29,689 bases of DNA from a virus (taxonomy: Duplodnaviria; Caudoviricetes): the IMG/VR virus record IMGVR_UViG_3300037722_000033, positions 1 through 29,689 of that record; one strand, given 5' to 3'. How positions within the stretch are numbered: the first letter of the stretch is position 1; every line of letters starts with the position of its first letter. A program made the translations under genes and the position numbers. This document shows, piece after piece, positions 26,603 through 29,689 of the stretch. The notes below the pieces were generated by a model. That model was not told where the DNA came from. It did not search any database and was given only the letters and a program-made list of their open reading frames with translations.

Positions 26603-27553
26603 ATGGCACTCGATCTAACCACCCGCTACCCGAGCCAGGTCGACGACTCGGACGTAGCGTACCCCTACGGCAAGGCCGTCAACATCACCGTCGCCGGGGA
26701 CGGTACCGGCACGCCCTGGGAAGCCGACCTCGTCAACGACATCATCGGCTTTCTCCAGTCGCTCCTGAATCAGGGCGGGGTGACGCCGAACGAGTCTCCG
26801 GACTCGCTGACGAACGCCCAGTACTTCACCGCGCTCGCGAACATCTTCATCGACGGCACAGACGGCGGCACGTACACGCCGGCCAGTGCGATCGTCGTCA
26901 ACGGCTTCGGCATCGAGACGGTCTACCTCGAAGCCGCCGAGCTCGTGGCGACCCTGGGAACGATCGACACCCTCGCCGCCAGCGAGGTCGAGATCGGGGG
27001 CGGGCTCGAAGTGCAAGGGGCGTGCGACTTCCAGCACGTGGCCGCCTTCTCGCTGACGGTGACCGACTTCATCCTCGGACTCGCCGGTCTGTCGATCGTC
27101 GGCAACGCATCGGTGGGTGCGGATCTGACGGTCGTGGATGACGCGATCATCGGCGACGATCTCGACGTGGGCGGGACGGCGACGATCGACACGTTGCTGG
27201 TCGAGACGAATCTGACGGTTCAGGGGCCGGCGACCTTCGCGGATCCGGTGACACTGACGAACGATGCTCACATTCGCCACCGCGTCGTCATTGGTCCGGA
27301 TGCGCCATCGGAATACGGCGTAGACGACGCGGACATCATCCACATTGCCTCCTCGACCGCGCCGCGCGCCTACACGCTGAACACGGATGGCGCATCGAAC
27401 GGATCGATCATCACCTTCTTCACCTCGGCGTCCAACGACATCACGATCAATGGTGCTTACGTGATCAACGCATCCGGCGACTGGCGCGGGGTCCGCCTTG
27501 TCCACATCTCGGGCTCGTGGGCGCTGTTGGAGTTCTTGGCGTCGGGACCGTGA
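26603..27553 (+). CDS. Tail fibre or spike-like protein
   Basis: N-terminal baseplate-anchor pattern GDGTGTPWEADLVND...AGVTP-like...QYFTAL, followed by short beta-solenoid-like repeats (VGADLTVVDDAIIGDDLDVGGTATI). Confidence 0.72.
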   Translation: MALDLTTRYPSQVDDSDVAYPYGKAVNITVAGDGTGTPWEADLVNDIIGFLQSLLNQGGVTPNESPDSLTNAQYFTALANIFIDGTDGGTYTPASAIVVNGFGIETVYLEAAELVATLGTIDTLAASEVEIGGGLEVQGACDFQHVAAFSLTVTDFILGLAGLSIVGNASVGADLTVVDDAIIGDDLDVGGTATIDTLLVETNLTVQGPATFADPVTLTNDAHIRHRVVIGPDAPSEYGVDDADIIHIASSTAPRAYTLNTDGASNGSIITFFTSASNDITINGAYVINASGDWRGVRLVHISGSWALLEFLASGP

Positions 27554-27554
27554 C

Positions 27555-28130
27555 GTGGAGACGTTCAGCACCCTCACCGATTCGGACTGGCCCCCGCTCT
27601 TCGTTCAGCTTCTCGGCATCTGCGGGTCCGCATACGTCGTTCCCGAGGACTACGAATCGGGCCTCGTCGCGGACTTCGCGCTCCGCAAGCGCGCCGTACG
27701 CCTGCTCGCGCGCGAGCTGACGACGCGGCTTCGAGTCACCGATCGGGACCATCGCGCGATCTACCGGCCCGCCGACGGCTTCCAGGCGTTCTCGCGGCAC
27801 CCAGCGTTCCGCACGCTGGACGACGACGGCGACCATGGTGGCGAGGCGTCTGCCGAGTGGTACCTCCACCGCTCGCCACCGCGCCAGCATTCGTGGATCG
27901 GCACCGTCCCGCAAACGCCTGAACTGCCAGCGGTCTACACGACCGAGCTGACGAGCGTCATGGCAGACGCGGCAACGTTGCTCGCCGACTTCGAAACGCA
28001 GGCGATCGAAAACGCGGCGACGGATCCGACCCTCGCGTCCGAGGCGGCGACCCTGCACAGCGCGGCGCTCGCCGAGTACCTGACGCTGCTGCAGACGTGG
28101 TTCCCGCTGACGGACTGGGCGGATTCCTAG
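27555..28130 (+). CDS. Hypothetical protein
   Basis: GTG 27555 just after the fibre stop (TGAC-GTG); 191 aa with typical codon usage; no motif recognised. Confidence 0.65.
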   Translation: METFSTLTDSDWPPLFVQLLGICGSAYVVPEDYESGLVADFALRKRAVRLLARELTTRLRVTDRDHRAIYRPADGFQAFSRHPAFRTLDDDGDHGGEASAEWYLHRSPPRQHSWIGTVPQTPELPAVYTTELTSVMADAATLLADFETQAIENAATDPTLASEAATLHSAALAEYLTLLQTWFPLTDWADS

Positions 28131-28543
28131 CAGGGAACGTCGCAGGTCCCGCGACAGACGCCGGGCTTGTCCGGCGTGCCGCACGCGCCAGTGCATTCGC
28201 CGTCGCAGATGCCCAGGCAGTCGCCGTTGGAAAGGGTGGCCGAGCAGACGCCGTCGCACTTTCCCGAGCAGCGCCCCTGGCAGATTCCGACACAACGGCG
28301 CGGGCAGTAGTCGCCGCACTCGACCGGCGGACCGTCGTAACTCGCCTCGACAGCAACGCCTCCGGCGCCCGCCTGTCCGGCGTCTCTGTCGGCGCCAGCG
28401 CTGCCGGCATCACTCCCCGCTTCCGACGCTGTCGAGCCGCCGGATGCACTGCCAGCGTCCTGCTCCTGCAGCGCGCCGGCCCGCGTCCCGTCGCCATCAC
28501 CACACGCGACGACGAGCGCCGCAATCAATCCGATCCACCTCAT
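28127..28543 (-). CDS. Cys-rich lipoprotein, myxobacterial style
   Basis: MRWIGLIAALVVAC-G signal and lipobox, DAG-repeat Gly/Ala/Ser linker, then 14 Cys in CxGxC repeats; its stop overlaps the convergent stop in CTAG at 28127-28130. Confidence 0.8.
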   Translation of the reverse strand: MRWIGLIAALVVACGDGDGTRAGALQEQDAGSASGGSTASEAGSDAGSAGADRDAGQAGAGGVAVEASYDGPPVECGDYCPRRCVGICQGRCSGKCDGVCSATLSNGDCLGICDGECTGACGTPDKPGVCRGTCDVPC

Positions 28544-28559
28544 GCAGAAAGCATACGCC

Positions 28560-28751
28560 ATGCAGCCCCTACTTCTCCCCGCCGAGACGCGAAATCAGCT
28601 CCTCGTCTACCTCGCTGAACGTCCGTACAGAGAGGTCCACAAGCTGATCGTGGTGCTCTCCCAGCTCCAGCAAGCGCCCGAATCCGCGAAGGAAAGGCCC
28701 GCGCTGCGACCCGTTCCGCCGCCTGCCGAGGACGACTCGGCCGAGGGGTAG
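28560..28751 (+). CDS. Small phage protein (LxxRPYxEVxxLI type)
   Basis: NQLLVYLAERPYREVHKLIVVL helical motif, which I recognise as common near tail fibre genes. Confidence 0.65.
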   Translation: MQPLLLPAETRNQLLVYLAERPYREVHKLIVVLSQLQQAPESAKERPALRPVPPPAEDDSAEG

Positions 28752-28754
28752 CGC

Positions 28755-29689
28755 GTGGGTTTTTTCGACACCCTCGTCCACCTGCTCCCGCGCGCGAAGG
28801 CGTGGCGGGTCACGGCGGCGAAGCAACTCCGATCGTTCCTCGAGGGGCTCGGCGCCAGCTTCGACGCGCCTCGCGAGTTCGTGGACGACGTCTGGGCGGA
28901 CGCATTCCCGGCGACCACGCGCGAGCTCGCGGAGTGGGAGAAGCAGTTCGGGCTCGACGCGACCGGACTGAATGAGTCGCAGCGACGCACGCAACTCGCC
29001 GCCGAGTGGGCCGCGCAAGGTGGCCAAGATCCGACGTACATCCAGGAGACGCTCCAAGCCGCCGGGTTCCCGCTCTACGTGCACGAGTGGTGGGACCCTG
29101 CTGAGCCGCTCTACACCGCGCGCGATCCACGGCTCTACACGACGCAGCCGCTCATCGGCACCGTGCAATGTGGCGAGGCGCTCGCGCAGTGTGGAGAGCC
29201 GCTCGCGCTGTGCAATGCGTTCTTGGCGAATGAGCCGGGCTATCTCGTCAACCTCGACCTCACGCCGCGTGCGCCGCCGCACGTGCCGGACGATCCGACG
29301 AAGTGGCCGTTCTTTCTGTACGTCGGCGGGCAATCCTTTCCTGACATCATCACGATCCCTGCCGCGTCGCGCGGCGTTCTGGAGCGACTGCTTCTCAAGA
29401 TCTGTCCGACGCAGCAATGGATCGTCACGCGCGTACAGTACGACGCATTCTCGACGACATCCGTCGCGTTCGAGGACCTCGAATACGTCACGATGGGCGA
29501 CGCCTCCGAGCTGGCGTTCGACTTCGGCGACGCTTTCTCGTGCGCCGGGTGGTTCAAGGCAACGGTCGGCGGAGTTCTGCTCTCGAAAGCGAAGACGCCG
29601 GGTGATGATTTTTTCGAGGGCTACTCGATGTTCGTCGGCTCCTCGGGGAAGATGGCCGTTCGCCTCGAAGGCGGACTGACGAACAACAA
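28755..29689 (+). CDS. Mu gp48/YmfQ-like baseplate wedge protein fused to a LamG-like domain; truncated by the window end
   Basis: Absent from the ORF track because it has no stop in the window. Manual translation: MGFFDTLVHLLPRAKAW...FPATTRELAEWEKQFGL...QGGQDPTYIQETLQAAGF...LERLLLKICPTQQW, then YVTMGDASELAFDFGDAFSCAGWFK...LLSK...GYSMFV. Confidence 0.82.
   Translation, partial: MGFFDTLVHLLPRAKAWRVTAAKQLRSFLEGLGASFDAPREFVDDVWADAFPATTRELAEWEKQFGLDATGLNESQRRTQLAAEWAAQGGQDPTYIQETLQAAGFPLYVHEWWDPAEPLYTARDPRLYTTQPLIGTVQCGEALAQCGEPLALCNAFLANEPGYLVNLDLTPRAPPHVPDDPTKWPFFLYVGGQSFPDIITIPAASRGVLERLLLKICPTQQWIVTRVQYDAFSTTSVAFEDLEYVTMGDASELAFDFGDAFSCAGWFKATVGGVLLSKAKTPGDDFFEGYSMFVGSSGKMAVRLEGGLTNN

Larger units (their letters stand above)
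1..29689 (+). mobile_element. Tailed phage or prophage morphogenesis region (lambda-like head, Mu-like contractile tail); runs off the right edge
   Basis: Collinear order terminase-portal-protease-capsid-neck-sheath-tube-TMP-baseplate-fibre with many 1-4 nt stop/start overlaps. No integrase or att site is visible, so prophage versus free phage cannot be decided. Confidence 0.96.

Noticed and set aside
28736-28766. CTCGGCCGAG palindrome followed by GGGTTTTTTC as a terminator or slippery site
   Set aside because: The stem is too far from the T-run, the T-run encodes Gly-Phe-Phe at the start of the gp48-like ORF, and the -1 frame yields nothing recognisable.
1-29689. Tailocin, eCIS or GTA interpretation
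   Set aside because: A complete terminase, portal and capsid module with a contractile tail fits a genuine myovirus-type phage.
1-29689. Global TAG stop-codon reassignment
   Set aside because: Genes are full length in the standard code, and reading through TAG at 28130 gives only antisense sequence of the lipoprotein.
1-29689. CRISPR array, tRNA/rRNA, integrase, reverse transcriptase/DGR, intein or intron
   Set aside because: No regularly spaced repeats, cloverleaf, RT motifs or oversized interrupted genes were seen by eye.

Overview
The whole window is the morphogenesis operon of a high-GC tailed phage or prophage, almost entirely on the + strand. It has a lambda-like head module (TerS, GpA-type TerL, gpW-like adaptor, lambda-type portal, ClpP protease with a nested scaffold, decoration protein, major capsid, FI-like and FII-like proteins) joined to a Mu-like contractile tail (sheath, tube, chaperones with a -1 frameshift, tape measure, gp43/44/45/46/47/48-like baseplate, fibre). 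The striking feature is a ~6 kb, seven-gene, translationally coupled cassette (11298-17353) between the tail tube and tail chaperone genes. It encodes five glycosyltransferase-like domains, two SAM methyltransferase domains and two sulfotransferases. Four proteins, three of them head or neck proteins, end in Asp-Ser-stop with different codons, which recalls the C-terminal serine O-glycosylation known from mycobacteriophage virions. Together these suggest a candidate system for coating the virion in a methylated, sulfated glycan. A reverse-strand Cys-rich lipoprotein hints at a myxobacterial host. All family assignments come from motif recognition by eye, not from database searches.
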